From contig CAVVNQ010000008.1 in the NCBI GenBank assembly GCA_963749705.1, forward strand, positions 160,001 to 224,000: a DNA stretch of 64,000 nt. Direction: 5' to 3'. The position numbers and the translations under genes are program-made. A model generated the notes under the pieces. It worked only from the letters and a program-made list of their open reading frames with translations. It had not been told where the DNA came from and ran no database searches. This document shows positions 1-10,635 of this stretch, piece after piece (position 1 is the stretch's first letter; each line of letters opens with the position of its first letter). This stretch comes from an uncultured Chloroflexia bacterium. Lineage in GTDB: Bacteria; Chloroflexota; Limnocylindria; Limnocylindrales; CSP1-4.

Positions 1-194
1 ACCGGGCTGTCGGGGATGGGGATCGAGACGCGCGAGGTCAGGTAGATCAGGAGCGCTCCCGCGACGATGAACACGACGTTGCGCAGCACCGGGGAGACAC
101 GTTCGCCGATGCGAACCGGCACGAGGTAGTCGGCGATGGTGACGCCCCGCTCGGTCACGGGCACCCGGTTCAGCGACGGGATGGCGAGCGACAT
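1..194 (-). CDS. bioY: Biotin transporter BioY (5' part; runs off the window edge)
   Basis: Minus-strand frame from ATG 194: MSLAIPSLNRVPVTERGVTIADYLVPV...VFIVAGALLIYLTSRVSIPIPDSP, matching the BioY TM1 plus 'ISIPLPxxPVP' signature. Confidence 0.7.
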   Translation of the reverse strand, partial: MSLAIPSLNRVPVTERGVTIADYLVPVRIGERVSPVLRNVVFIVAGALLIYLTSRVSIPIPDSP

Positions 195-332
195 GGTCTT
201 CCTCAGATGCCGCGATCGATCGATGCGGCGTGTCGGGGAGTCTACCAATCGCCCGCTCCGGCCACCAGAGCCGGAGGGACTCGCGGCCGCGTCACACGTG
301 GGCGGCGGGCGGCCACTCGGCGCGGCGGGCGG

Positions 333-2888
333 CTACTCGGCGCGGATCGAGCGCACGATGCCGCGCGAGCCCGCGATCCGGGCCGGCTGGGCGGCCGCGA
401 TCATCGAGAGCACGACGCCCAGCACCAGGGCAAGCCCGATCGTCGCCCACGGCACCCCGATCACGCCGTGCTGCGAGCTGCCGTCGGTCACGATCAGCAG
501 GGCGCCGATGCCCAGGCCGGTGACCGATCCCACGACGCCACCGATGGCGCCCAGGATCCCCGCCTCGACCAGCACGCTTCGCCACACCTGGCGCCGGCTC
601 ATTCCCGCGGCCCGCAGCATCGCGAGCTCGCGGACACGTTCCCAGGTATCCATCGACAGCGTGTTGACGATCCCGAGAGCCGCGATCGCCACCGCCGCCA
701 GGGCCAGCACGTCGAGCAGGCCGATGACTCGGTCCAGCGCGTCGCCCAGCGCGCCCTCGACCTGGGAGATGGGTGCGGTCGTCATCGCCAGCTCCCGGGC
801 GAGCGCGTCGACGGCGGGACCGGCCGAATCCGCCCTGCCGGGCTCGAACCGGATCGCGATCGCGTCCGCTCCCTGGACCCCGAACCGGTTCAGCGCATCG
901 GGCCAGCCGACCAGCGCGGCCTCGCCGGTGCGACCCGGGAACGAGCGCTCGACGATCCCCGCGACGTCCAGCTCGACCAGGCCGTTCACGGTGGACACGG
1001 CGATCACGTCACCGAGGCCGACGCCGAGCTCGGCCGCGCGGGCCTGGGACAGGAGGACCGCACCACCGGCATCGAGCGCCGCGAATGCCGCCGCCCGATC
1101 ACCCGCGACGAACGTCAGGCGCCCATCGGCCGCGAAATCGGCGCCGCGGATGGCGACCGCCTCGAGGCGGGTGCCCCGGAACGCGAGGTCGAAGGTCGCG
1201 ATCGGCGTTGCCTGTGCGACCCCGTCGATCGCCGCGAAGTCCCGGTCGACACCGTCCGCGCCGACCGGCGCCGGGGCGATGGCGGTCACGATCTCGTCGC
1301 CCGGGACCACGTCCGAGAGCCACGCGCTCGCCGCGGTGCGGGCGTTGACGTTGACCATCCCCAGCGCGACGACCATGGTCAGCCCGACGACCAGCGCGCC
1401 GACCGTGAGCGCGGTCCGTCCCGGGTCGCGGGCGATCGCCGCCCGCGCGAGGCGCTCCTCGAGTCGCAGGAACAGGCCGAACGGCAATCCCGCGAGGCGG
1501 CCGAGCGGACGGATCAGGGCGGGGGTGAGCAGGGCGACCCCGAGCAGAATGGCGTACACGGCGGCCGCCCGGGCCATGCCGGTGGCTGACGTGGAAGCGC
1601 CCGGCAGCACCACGACCGACAGCACGCCCACCACGAGGATGACCGCGACCAGCCAGCCCACGTGGGCCCGGACCGCGGCAGTCGGGTCGGCCCGCGCGCG
1701 CAGCGCCATCACCGGGCTGATCCCGGCGGCACGGCGGGCGGGTTCGAGCGAGGCCACGATGGTCACGACGAGGCCCCCGGCAAGCCCGGCCGCGATCACG
1801 CCCGGCGTGACCACGGGTCCGTCGATCAGGACGCTCCCGGATGCCGCGAGACCGGCGGCGACGAGCGCCCCGAGGAGGACGCCAAGGCCGATCCCGAGGA
1901 CCGACCCGGCAATGCCCAGCAGGATCGCCTGGCCAAGGATGATCCGGATCACCTGGGCACGGCCCGCACCCGCCGCGCGGAGCAGGCCGAGCTCCCGGAT
2001 CCGCTCGACGACCGTCATCGCCAGCGTGTTCAGGATCAGGAATGCCGCCGCGAACAGCGTGATCGCGGCGATCAGCGCCATGGTCGACCGGATGTCCGCG
2101 GTGGACGCGCGGAGCGACACGGCGATGTCGCGCGGGACCGAGAGGACGTAGGGATCGGCGCTGATCGCACGTTCGATGCCCGTGGCGACGGCGTCCACGT
2201 CGGCACCGGCGGCGATGACGACGTCGATCCGGGTCAGGCCCGACATCGTGCCTCGATCGGTCGACGCGGCGTCGTCGGGCATGTTGAGCCGCGCCGCCGT
2301 GCCGATCGGCAGCACCACCGTCCGGCCCGAGGAGCCGAGCGCCGGACCGTCGCCCGCGATGATCCCGACCACGCGGACCGAGACGGGCTCTCCGGAGCCG
2401 AACAGGGTGATCTGGGCTCCGACGTCGAGGCCCTCTGTGGCCGCCAGACGTTCGGTCACCAGGGCCACGGGCTCGTTGACGTCGCGGAGCGGTGCGCCAC
2501 GGACAAGGGGCAGGTCGCGGACCCGTGGCTCGCGCGCCGGCTGGATCCCCAGCACCGCCACCGGCTCCGATTCGATCGGCTGGCCGGGCTCGGGGACGAG
2601 GAACGTCCGGCGCTCGATCGCCGGGGCGGTCAGCGCCACGCCCGGCACGCCGTCGATCGCCGACAGCGTCGCGCCCGACAGGCCGGCCTCGGTGAACGCG
2701 CTCACCCGGAGATCCGCGCGGCCCACGAGCGAGGTGACGGTCCGGTCGATCGAGGCGTCGAGCCCCGCGTTGACGGCGAGCGCGGCGACGAGCACGCCGA
2801 CGCCGATCGCGATCCCGAACACGGTGAGCAGGGATCGGGCGGGCCTCGCGACGAGGCTGCGCCAGGCGTATGGACCGAGACCGCGCAT
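333..2888 (-). CDS. FtsX/MacB-like ABC transporter permease (duplicated architecture)
   Basis: Two repeats of N-terminal TM plus the 'ERxRELGLLRAAGA' FtsX motif; 851 aa. Confidence 0.92.
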   Translation of the reverse strand: MRGLGPYAWRSLVARPARSLLTVFGIAIGVGVLVAALAVNAGLDASIDRTVTSLVGRADLRVSAFTEAGLSGATLSAIDGVPGVALTAPAIERRTFLVPEPGQPIESEPVAVLGIQPAREPRVRDLPLVRGAPLRDVNEPVALVTERLAATEGLDVGAQITLFGSGEPVSVRVVGIIAGDGPALGSSGRTVVLPIGTAARLNMPDDAASTDRGTMSGLTRIDVVIAAGADVDAVATGIERAISADPYVLSVPRDIAVSLRASTADIRSTMALIAAITLFAAAFLILNTLAMTVVERIRELGLLRAAGAGRAQVIRIILGQAILLGIAGSVLGIGLGVLLGALVAAGLAASGSVLIDGPVVTPGVIAAGLAGGLVVTIVASLEPARRAAGISPVMALRARADPTAAVRAHVGWLVAVILVVGVLSVVVLPGASTSATGMARAAAVYAILLGVALLTPALIRPLGRLAGLPFGLFLRLEERLARAAIARDPGRTALTVGALVVGLTMVVALGMVNVNARTAASAWLSDVVPGDEIVTAIAPAPVGADGVDRDFAAIDGVAQATPIATFDLAFRGTRLEAVAIRGADFAADGRLTFVAGDRAAAFAALDAGGAVLLSQARAAELGVGLGDVIAVSTVNGLVELDVAGIVERSFPGRTGEAALVGWPDALNRFGVQGADAIAIRFEPGRADSAGPAVDALARELAMTTAPISQVEGALGDALDRVIGLLDVLALAAVAIAALGIVNTLSMDTWERVRELAMLRAAGMSRRQVWRSVLVEAGILGAIGGVVGSVTGLGIGALLIVTDGSSQHGVIGVPWATIGLALVLGVVLSMIAAAQPARIAGSRGIVRSIRAE

Positions 2889-2896
2889 GACGAGGG

Positions 2897-3721
2897 CTAC
2901 AGCCCGAGCTGGGCGAGCCGCGAGATCAACGGAGCGGCGGCATGGTCGTCGCGGCGGCCGAGCACGATCTCCTCGCGGATCTGGCCGTCGCGGATGACGA
3001 GCACCCGGTCTGCGTACGCGGCGGCCTTCGCGTCATGCGTGACCAGCACGATGGTCTGGCCGCGGTCGACGCACGTGCGCCACAGCGCCTCGAGGATCTC
3101 GAGCCCGGTCGTGAAGTCAAGGTTGCCGGTCGGCTCGTCGGCGAACAGGAGGGCGGGACCGGTCACGATGGCCCGCGCAACGGCCACGCGCTGCTGCTCG
3201 CCCGCGGACAGCTCGTCCGGCCGATGGCGCTCCTTGCCCGTCAGGTCCACCAGCTCGATCGCGTCGCGCACCCGCGCGGCCAGCGCACTCGACCGCGGAT
3301 CCTGGCCGGCGATCGTGAACGGCAGCCCCACGTTCTCGAGCACGTTGAGCAGCGGGATCAGGTTGAACGACTGGAACACGAACCCGGTCCGTTCGCGGCG
3401 CAACCGGGTCGCTCCCTCGTCGGACAGCCGGCTGATCGTCTCGCCTTCGATCAGGACCTCGCCGCTGGACGGCCGGTCGAGGCCGCCGAGCAGCTGGAGC
3501 AGGGTGCTCTTGCCGGAGCCCGACGGTCCCATCAAGGCCACGAACTCCCCCGGGGCGACGGACAGGCTGACCCCCCGCACCGCGTCCACCATCTCGCCTG
3601 GCATGCGGAACTGCCGGGTCAGCGCCCGGGCCTCGAGGATGGGGCGGACCGCCGCCGGGGTCGGGGACGGCTGCCCGGACGGGCCGGCGAGGCCGGGGTT
3701 GGGTAGCGATTGCGCGGTCAT
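2897..3721 (-). CDS. ABC transporter ATP-binding protein (LolD/MacB type)
   Basis: Walker A GPSGSGKST, signature LSAGEQQRV, FADEPTGNLD, VTHD; adjacent to the permease. Confidence 0.93.
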   Translation of the reverse strand: MTAQSLPNPGLAGPSGQPSPTPAAVRPILEARALTRQFRMPGEMVDAVRGVSLSVAPGEFVALMGPSGSGKSTLLQLLGGLDRPSSGEVLIEGETISRLSDEGATRLRRERTGFVFQSFNLIPLLNVLENVGLPFTIAGQDPRSSALAARVRDAIELVDLTGKERHRPDELSAGEQQRVAVARAIVTGPALLFADEPTGNLDFTTGLEILEALWRTCVDRGQTIVLVTHDAKAAAYADRVLVIRDGQIREEIVLGRRDDHAAAPLISRLAQLGL

Positions 3722-3895
3722 CTCGGGTTGACGGCTCCTGCGGGGCGGCAAGGGACGGTTGCCACCATAGCGGTGCGGTCCGGTGTGGTCACCCGCCCGA
3801 TGGTCCCGGTGCGGGGGCGGACCGGTCGCATGCGGAGAGCGACGGCGGATCGGGACGTTGGTGCTCCGGGTCCTCGGGGCGTCGGCGCGGTGGCG

Positions 3896-4867
3896 TCAGC
3901 TCCCGAAGTAGCGCGAGGCGACCGTGCCGAGGATCGTCTCCGCGAGACCCAGCGACGACGGCTGATCGACGACGCGCAGCCGCAGCGACGAGGCGTCGGC
4001 CGGGAGGGGCTCACCGGGCGGCTCGGTGGCTGCCGCCAGCGTCGGTGCCGGCGAGCCCGATGGGGTGACGGGCAATGCGAACGTGGGGGCGTCCGTCGGG
4101 GCGTCCGTCGGCGCCTGGGTGGGTGGCTGGATCAGGATCGGCGCGTCCGTCGGCCTCAGCGTCGGCCGGGGCGTGGGCTTCGGCGTGGGCCGCGGCGTCG
4201 GCTTGGGCGTGGGTTTGGGGGTCGGCTTCGGGGTTGGCTTAGGGGTCGGCTTGGGCGTGGGTTTGGGGGTCGGCTTCGGGGTAGCGGCGCTCACCGTGCC
4301 GCACTTGTCGGCGAAGATGACCGTCCACATGTACGTGCCGTCCGGCCCCTGGTAGGCACCGACCCCGACGGCATCCCAGGACTTGCCCAGGATGTTGGCG
4401 CGGTGCCCCGAGGACTTCATGAACTGGTTGAAGATCCAGGTCGTGACCTGGTCCTCCGTGGCGCCGGGCCACGGCGGCATGGTCCCGATGTTCTCGCCGG
4501 CGCTCTTGTAGCAATAGCTGTACTTGTTCGTCATGTAGTAGAAGACGTTGTTGCTCGTGCCCTTGATCGTGTGCGAGAAGTAGTCCCGGTCGATCATGTC
4601 CTTGCTCCGCCAGCGTGCGATCGTGCGCAGCGCGGTGTCGAGCTTGAGCGCCTTGAGACCGGCCGAGGCGCGCGCCTGGTTCTGGAGCGTGATCAGCCGC
4701 GATTCCGACGTGGAGCTGTAGCTCCCGGCACTCCATGCCAGCGTCGGCGCCGGGACGGCCAGCAGGCCGACGGCGGTGATGCCGAACACGAGCGCAATGA
4801 GCGCTGCGAACCGGCGGCCATCGACCAGCGATGACCGGAATCCGGTGCGAGGGTGAGTTGTGTTCAT
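3896..4867 (-). CDS. Secreted CAP/SCP-domain protein with Pro/Thr/Lys-rich linker
   Basis: Signal peptide; CAP motifs 'NQARASAGL', 'YFSH', 'AGENIG', '[11 protein letters not shown]', 'VGVG'; (TPKP)n tail. Confidence 0.88.
   Translation of the reverse strand: MNTTHPRTGFRSSLVDGRRFAALIALVFGITAVGLLAVPAPTLAWSAGSYSSTSESRLITLQNQARASAGLKALKLDTALRTIARWRSKDMIDRDYFSHTIKGTSNNVFYYMTNKYSYCYKSAGENIGTMPPWPGATEDQVTTWIFNQFMKSSGHRANILGKSWDAVGVGAYQGPDGTYMWTVIFADKCGTVSAATPKPTPKPTPKPTPKPTPKPTPKPTPKPTPRPTPKPTPRPTLRPTDAPILIQPPTQAPTDAPTDAPTFALPVTPSGSPAPTLAAATEPPGEPLPADASSLRLRVVDQPSSLGLAETILGTVASRYFGS
4165..4282 (-). repeat. 12-bp coding tandem repeat encoding (TPKP/TPRP)n
   Basis: About 10 copies of a TPKP-like tetrapeptide in the CAP protein. 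Confidence 0.85.
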
Positions 4868-5100
4868 GATCCGGTGGGACTCTCTCGATGGGCACCGGCG
4901 GGGACCGGCTCGTATCCACCATGACGGCACCGCCCGGCCGGGCCCCCGGCTCGATGGTCCCGACCGCACCATCCCCCGGTACCGGTTTCCCGCCCCAACC
5001 GCACCGCACCCGTCCGGACCGTCGCGCCGGGCGAACCTGCAGCTCATCGCGAGCTGTGGCGTTCGCTGGCGCCCCTGCCCGCCGCGCATCGGGAATCCGG

Positions 5101-5106
5101 TAGACT
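5101..5106 (+). promoter_or_regulatory. Putative sigma70 -10 (TAGACT) for tRNA-His
   Basis: TANNNT hexamer about 45 bp upstream of the tRNA; the same hexamer recurs at other promoters in the window. Confidence 0.45.
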
Positions 5107-5149
5107 CAGCGACCGCGGCCGGGCCTGGCGCCTCGTCCGCTCGCGCCAC

Positions 5150-5226
5150 GGTGGCCTTAGCTCAATGGGCAGAGCATCGGATTGTGGCTCCGAAGGTTAC
5201 GGGTTCGAGACCCGTAGGCCACCCCA
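5150..5226 (+). tRNA. tRNA-His (GTG)
   Basis: G-1 plus GTGGCCT acceptor stem, TCGGA-TTGTGGC-TCCGA anticodon arm, GGTTCGAGACC T-loop, encoded CCA. Confidence 0.97.
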
Positions 5227-5333
5227 GTTCCTGAACGTGAAACGCCGCGCTTCGTGCCGCCAAGGGTCGTCTCCGTCCGCGCCGGCTCGGCCCAGCCTTC
5301 TTGGCCTCTTGAGCCCGGCGCGAGAATGGCCCT

Positions 5334-5756
5334 GTGCCGCAATACGACGTGGAGCTGATCCTCGCCCGCCAGCTCGCGGGCGGGCTCGCCGTGCCGGTGC
5401 TGCTCGTCGATGGGCGCGGCGACACCGTGTTCTTCAACGAGCCGGCCGAGGTCCTGTTCGGGCGTCGCTTCGATGAGGTCGATGCCCTGCCCTTCGAGGA
5501 TCGGACCGCGCTGCTGGCGCCCCGCCTTCCCGACGGCCGAGCCCTGCCCGTCGACGAGCTGCCGGGGATGGTGGCGATGCGCGAGCGGCGGCCGGCCCAC
5601 GTCGCCTTCCACATGCATGGCCTCGATGGTGTCCTGCGGCCCGTGGAGGCGACGGCCATCCCGCTCGAGAGCGCCGGCGGCCACGTGCTCGGCGCGTTCG
5701 TCGTCCTCTGGTCCCAGGATCGAGGGCAGTCCGGCGCCACCGCCGACGCGGAATGA
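5334..5756 (+). CDS. Stand-alone PAS-domain protein
   Basis: 'VLLVDGRGDTVFFNEPAEVLFG' PAS signature; overlaps the next gene (ATGA). Confidence 0.8.
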   Translation: MPQYDVELILARQLAGGLAVPVLLVDGRGDTVFFNEPAEVLFGRRFDEVDALPFEDRTALLAPRLPDGRALPVDELPGMVAMRERRPAHVAFHMHGLDGVLRPVEATAIPLESAGGHVLGAFVVLWSQDRGQSGATADAE

Positions 5757-6577
5757 GGGTCACCGTGTGGGGATCGCGCGGCTCGATCGCGAGCGCCGGC
5801 CCTGAGACGGCTCGATACGGCGGCAACACGGCATGCGTGACCGTCGAAACGGACGACGCCGTGTGCTTCCTCGACGCGGGTTCCGGTCTTCGGCGGGCCG
5901 GCGTCGCATTCGCAGATGATCCTCGCCCGATTCATCTGCTGCTGACGCACCTCCACATGGACCACATCCAGGGCCTGGGGTTCTTTCGACCGCTGTTCAC
6001 ATCCGGCCGCCCGATCGACATCTGGGGCCCGCCGTCGACCACGCAGGACCTCCGGTCCCGGCTCACGCGCTACCTGTCGCCGCCGCTGTTTCCCGTCCGC
6101 ATCCGCGACTTCTCTGCCCACGTCGAGCTCCACGATGCCCCCCTCGTGCCATGGGCGATCCGGGGCTACGAGATCCGGTCGGCGAGCGTGATCCATCCCG
6201 GTCCGACGCTCGGCTTCCGCGTCACGGCGAGCGGCCGTTCCGTCGCCTACCTGCCCGACCACGAGCCGGCCCTCGGCGGCGCGATCGAGCGTCCTGACTG
6301 GACCTCTGGCTACGAGCTCGCGGCGGGCGCCGACGTGCTGATCCATGACGGGCAGTACACGAGCGAGGAGTACCGCGAACGGGTCGGATGGGGCCACAGC
6401 AGCATCGAGCAGGCCGCGGCGTTCGCGGATCTGGCCGGGGCCGACCACCTCGTGCTGTTCCACCACGAGCCCAATCACGCCGATGCCGACATCGACCGGC
6501 TGCTCGCCGAGGCTGGCGGGCGACGCCGCCGGGGAACGGTTGATGCCGCCACCGAAGGGATGACCCTCGACCTGTGA
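5753..6577 (+). CDS. MBL-fold metallo-hydrolase (RNase Z / cyclic-nucleotide phosphodiesterase-like)
   Basis: 'WGSRGS', 'YGGNT', 'DAGSG', THLHMDHIQG (HxHxDH), 'GWGHS', 'LFHH'. Confidence 0.9.
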   Translation: MRVTVWGSRGSIASAGPETARYGGNTACVTVETDDAVCFLDAGSGLRRAGVAFADDPRPIHLLLTHLHMDHIQGLGFFRPLFTSGRPIDIWGPPSTTQDLRSRLTRYLSPPLFPVRIRDFSAHVELHDAPLVPWAIRGYEIRSASVIHPGPTLGFRVTASGRSVAYLPDHEPALGGAIERPDWTSGYELAAGADVLIHDGQYTSEEYRERVGWGHSSIEQAAAFADLAGADHLVLFHHEPNHADADIDRLLAEAGGRRRRGTVDAATEGMTLDL

Positions 6578-6629
6578 CCACGGCCGCTCCATTTGGGCCC
6601 GGCCCGGCAACACGACCGCCCTGCGCCCG

Positions 6630-8235
6630 TCAGCGCAGCGCCTTGACGGCCTCGCGCTCGATCGCCAGCCCCGCGCGGTGGCGCGCGAAGAACCTCTCGA
6701 ACCCGGCGACATCACGCGGGTCGGGCATGAGCGGCCGGCCGATGCTCCCGGCGATCCGCTCGTCGAGGTAGTCGGGAAGCGCCTGGTCCGCATCCTCGCG
6801 GAGCATGTACCCGGCCAGCACGGCGATGCCCCAGGCACCGCCCTCGCCGGCGGTGGCCGGGATGCTGACCGGAACGTTGAGCGCGGCGGCCATCATGCGC
6901 TGCCCGGTGTCGCCGCCCTTGAAGAAGCCGCCATGGCCGCGGATCTCCTCGACGACCACTCCTTCCTGCTCGGTGAGGATGTCCATGCCCGTCCGCATCG
7001 CACACAGTGATGCGAAGCACTGGGCCCGGACGAAGTTCGCCAGGGTGAACCGGCTCTGCTGGTCGCGCGCAAACAGCGGGCGGCCCTCGGTGAACCCGGT
7101 CATGTGCTCGCCCGAGACGTAGTTGACGGCGAGCAGCCCGCCGGCGTCCGGATCCGCCTGCGTCGCCAGCGGGAGGAGCTTGCCGTACAGGTCAGCCGCC
7201 GTCGCCCCCACGCCGAGCGCCTCGGCCACCTCGCCGAACAGCGCGATCCAGGCATCGAGGTCCGAGGATCCGTTGTTCGAGTGGGCCATCGCCACCGGCC
7301 TGCCGTCGGGGGTGGCCACGATGTCGATCTCCGGGTGGACGCGGGCCAGGGGGCGGTCGAGGACGATCATCGCGAACACGGACGTGCCCGCCGAGACGTT
7401 CCCCGACCGCGGGCGAACGGCATTGGTCGCGACCATGCCGGTCCCGGCGTCACCCTCGGGCGGGCACAACGGGACGCCGGCGCGCGAGCCTGCCCGATGG
7501 GTCGAGCAGCCGCGCCCCCTCGGCCGTCAGCGTGCCGGCCGGTCGGCCGGCGACGCGCACGGCGGGCAGGATGTCCCGCAACGTCCAGCCCAGCCGGCGG
7601 GGCGCGATGAGGGCGTCGAACGTCGCCATCCGCTCGGCGTCCCAGTCGCCGCCGCTCGCGTCGATGGGGAACATGCCCGAGGCCTCGCCCGCGCCGACGA
7701 TCCGTTCGCCGGTGAGCTTCCAGTGGACGTAGCCGGCGAGCGTCGTGAGGTGGGCGATCCGGGGCACGTGCGCCTGCTCGTCCAGGATCGACTGGTACAG
7801 GTGGGCGATCGTGAACCGCTGTGGCACGGCGAACGCGAGCAGCGGCGTCAGCTCGGCGCACGCCACGCCGGTGATGTTGTTGCGCCAGGTGCGGAACGGC
7901 GCGAGCAGGCTGCCATCCGCGTCGAGCGCGAGGTAGCCGTGCATCATCCCGCTGACGCCCATCGCGGCGACGGTCTCGAGCTCCACCGAGTAGCGGGCAC
8001 GCACGTCATCGACGAGCGACGCGTAGCAATCGGCGAGGCCCGCCCAGACATCGTCCAGGTCATAGGTCCAGATCCCGTCGCGGAGCAGGTTCTCCCAGGC
8101 GTGCGATCCGGAGGCCAGGGGCGTGGTGTCGGGCGCGATCAGCGACGCCTTGATCCGGGTCGAGCCGAGCTCGATGCCCAGGATGGCCTGGCCCGATCCG
8201 ATGATGTCTGCGCTCGATGGGCGACCGTCGGTCAC
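6630..8235 (-). CDS. araB: FGGY-family carbohydrate kinase, L-ribulokinase; apparent frameshift near 7475
   Basis: '[12 protein letters not shown]', 'SGMMHGY', 'FRTWRN' in one frame; '[15 protein letters not shown]', 'GHGGFF', 'GEGGAWG' in another; follows araA-araD. Confidence 0.82.
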
Positions 8236-8948
8236 CGCGGGCGCTCCTCGGCCGCTTGGCCGTAATAGGACCCCGGCCCGTGCTTGCGGTTGAAGTGCCG
8301 CTCCAGGAGACCCGGATCGATGGCGGCGGCGGCCTCCAGAGACAGCGTCTGCGCGGCCATCGCCGCGACGGCCTCGAGCGCGATCGCATTGGCCACCGCC
8401 GAGGATGCGTCGGAGCCCCAGGTGAAGGGTCCGTGCGATCGGACCAGGACCGCAGGCATCTCGAGCGGGTCGAGCCCCAGCGCGTCGAGCGTCTCGATGA
8501 TCACGCGACCGGTGTCCGCCTCGTAGTCCGGGCCGAGCTCGGCAGGGGTGAGGGCCCTGGTCACGGGCACCGTCCCGTGGAAGTGGTCGGCGTGTGTGGT
8601 GCCGAAGCACGGGATCGCGCGTCCCGCCTGGGCCCACGACGATGCCCACGACGAGTGGGTATGCACCACGCCACCGATCTGCGGGTAGCGCCGGTACAGC
8701 GCAAGGTGGGTCGGGGTGTCGGACGAGGGCCGATAGGCACCCGACTCGGCCTCACCTGACTCGACATCGACCGCGACGAGGTCTGCCGGTCGGAGGCGGT
8801 CATAGGGCACACCGCTGGGCTTGATGACCATGACGCCCGACGCGCGATCGATCCCGCTGGCATTGCCGAACGAGAGCGTCACCAGCCCCGCCGCGACCAG
8901 CGCGGTGTTCGCCGCGCAGACCTGCTCCCTGAGATCGTCCAGGCTCAT
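8232..8948 (-). CDS. araD: L-ribulose-5-phosphate 4-epimerase
   Basis: 'GNASG', 'IKPSGV', 'PSSDTPTH', 'HTHS', 'GTTHADHF', '[11 protein letters not shown]'. Confidence 0.95.
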   Translation of the reverse strand: MSLDDLREQVCAANTALVAAGLVTLSFGNASGIDRASGVMVIKPSGVPYDRLRPADLVAVDVESGEAESGAYRPSSDTPTHLALYRRYPQIGGVVHTHSSWASSWAQAGRAIPCFGTTHADHFHGTVPVTRALTPAELGPDYEADTGRVIIETLDALGLDPLEMPAVLVRSHGPFTWGSDASSAVANAIALEAVAAMAAQTLSLEAAAAIDPGLLERHFNRKHGPGSYYGQAAEERPR

Positions 8949-8959
8949 GGGGTTCAACC

Positions 8960-10466
8960 TTAGCGCGGGTGACCGGGCGCGTAGGACGTGTCGTTCCAGC
9001 GGAGCTCCTTGCGGATGTCGGAGGTCGTCGTCCCGCCACCGATCGCGATCAGCTCGATGCCCGCCATCTCGGCGAAGTCCTCGATGTGCGCCCGGGTCAG
9101 CGCGCTGCTCAGGCTCGTGTGGTGCGGACCGCCCGAGAGGATCCAGGTCTCGGCCGCGACCCTGAGGCTCGGCCGGGGCTCCCACAGCGCGCGCGCGACC
9201 GGCAGCCGCGGCAGGTCCTCGGGCGGCCGGACGACATCGATCTCGTTGAGGACCAGGCGGAACCGGTCGCCGAGATCGAGCAGGCCCGTCACGACCGCCG
9301 GTCCGGGGCTGGCCGTGAACACGAGGCGCACCGGGTCGGCGCGATTGCCGATCGCAAGCGGATGGATCTCGCACGTCGGGGTTCCGTCCGCGATCGATGG
9401 GCACACCTCGAGCATGTGGGCTCCCAGGACCTGCGGCCGGTCGGGCACGAGATGGTAGGTGTAGTCCTCCATGAACGAGGTCCCGCCGGGCAGCCCGGTC
9501 GCCATGACCTTCATCGCCCGGACGAGCAGCGCCGTCTTCCAGTCGCCCTCGGCACCGAAGCCGTAGCCGTCGGCCATCAGGCGCTGAACGGCGATCCCGG
9601 GCAGCTGGACCAGGTCCCCAAGGTCCTCGAACGTGTCCGTGAAGGCCCCGAAGCCACCTGTGGTGAGGAACGTCCGGAGGCCAACCTCGATCCGCGCCGC
9701 CTCTCGCAGCGCCGGCCGTCGCTCGCCATCCGGTCGGAGGGGCGGCGCGATGTCGTAGCTGGCGTCGTACGCGTCCAGCGACCCGGTCCACTTCGGCATC
9801 GGACGCCGCGTGCACGGCGGCGACGAGGTCCCCCACGCCGTAGCCGTCGACCCTGGCGCCGAGGCGGATCTGCGCCTCGACCTTGTCTCCCTCGGTGACG
9901 GCGACCTGGCGCATGTTGTCGCCGAACCGGGCGAGCCTGAGCCGCTGGAGCTCGTGGACGCCGCATGCGGCCCGCGTCCAGGCGCCGATCCGGTCGACCA
10001 CCTCGGGGTCACGCCAGTGGCCGACGACGACGGTCCGGGGGCGGCGCAGCCGGCTCTCGATGTAACCGAACTCGCGGTCGCCATGCGCGGACTGGTTGAG
10101 GTTCATGAAATCCATGTCGATCTCCCCCCAGGGGAGGTCGCGATTGTGCTGCGTGTGCAGGTGCAGCAGCGGCTTCCGCAGCCCGAGCAGGCCGGGGATC
10201 CACATCCGGGCCGGCGAGAAGGTGTGCATCCAGGCGATGACGCCGATGCACGCGTCCGCGGCGGTCGCCTCGAGCAGGACGCGACGGATGGCGTCCGAGG
10301 TCGTCACGACGGGCCGGCTCACGACCCTGACCGGGATGGCCTCCGAATCGTCGAGCGCGCGGGCGATCTCCGACGCATGGTCGGCGACCCGTCGCAGCAC
10401 GTCGTCCCCGTACAGGGCCTGGCTGCCGGTGACGAACCAGACCTCCCGGTCTGCCATTGCCTTCAT
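8960..10466 (-). CDS. araA: L-arabinose isomerase; apparent frameshift near 9785
   Basis: '[12 protein letters not shown]', 'WMHTFSP', '[14 protein letters not shown]', 'RFGDNMR'; then '[11 protein letters not shown]', 'FMEDYTY', '[11 protein letters not shown]' in a second frame. Confidence 0.93.
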
Positions 10467-10635
10467 GCCGGCTCCCTCGCCTCCTCGCCATCGACGTCCG
10501 TCCCCGGCCGCCCCTTGGCCGTCGTGCCATCCGTCTCCGCATCCGAGCGCCGCCAGACCGGGAGCGTACAGGAGGTCCCCAACTCGCTGACGGGTGGCGA
10601 GGCTGCGCTGCGGCGGGCGGCGTCCTCCATGCCGC

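Noticed and set aside
136-2151. 671-aa plus-strand ORF and many similar long ORFs (e.g. 28627-31470, 36866-39709, 46504-50247)
   Set aside because: Antisense or alternate-frame shadows of clear genes; Arg/Pro/Ala/Ser-rich with no motifs, as expected at very high GC
5150-5226. tRNA-His as the attachment site of an integrated element
   Set aside because: No integrase, no duplicated tRNA 3' end noticed, and no compositional shift downstream
9770-9800. Programmed frameshifting in araA, araB or ietAS
   Set aside because: No slippery heptamer or consistent stimulatory structure; scattered indels fit sequencing error better
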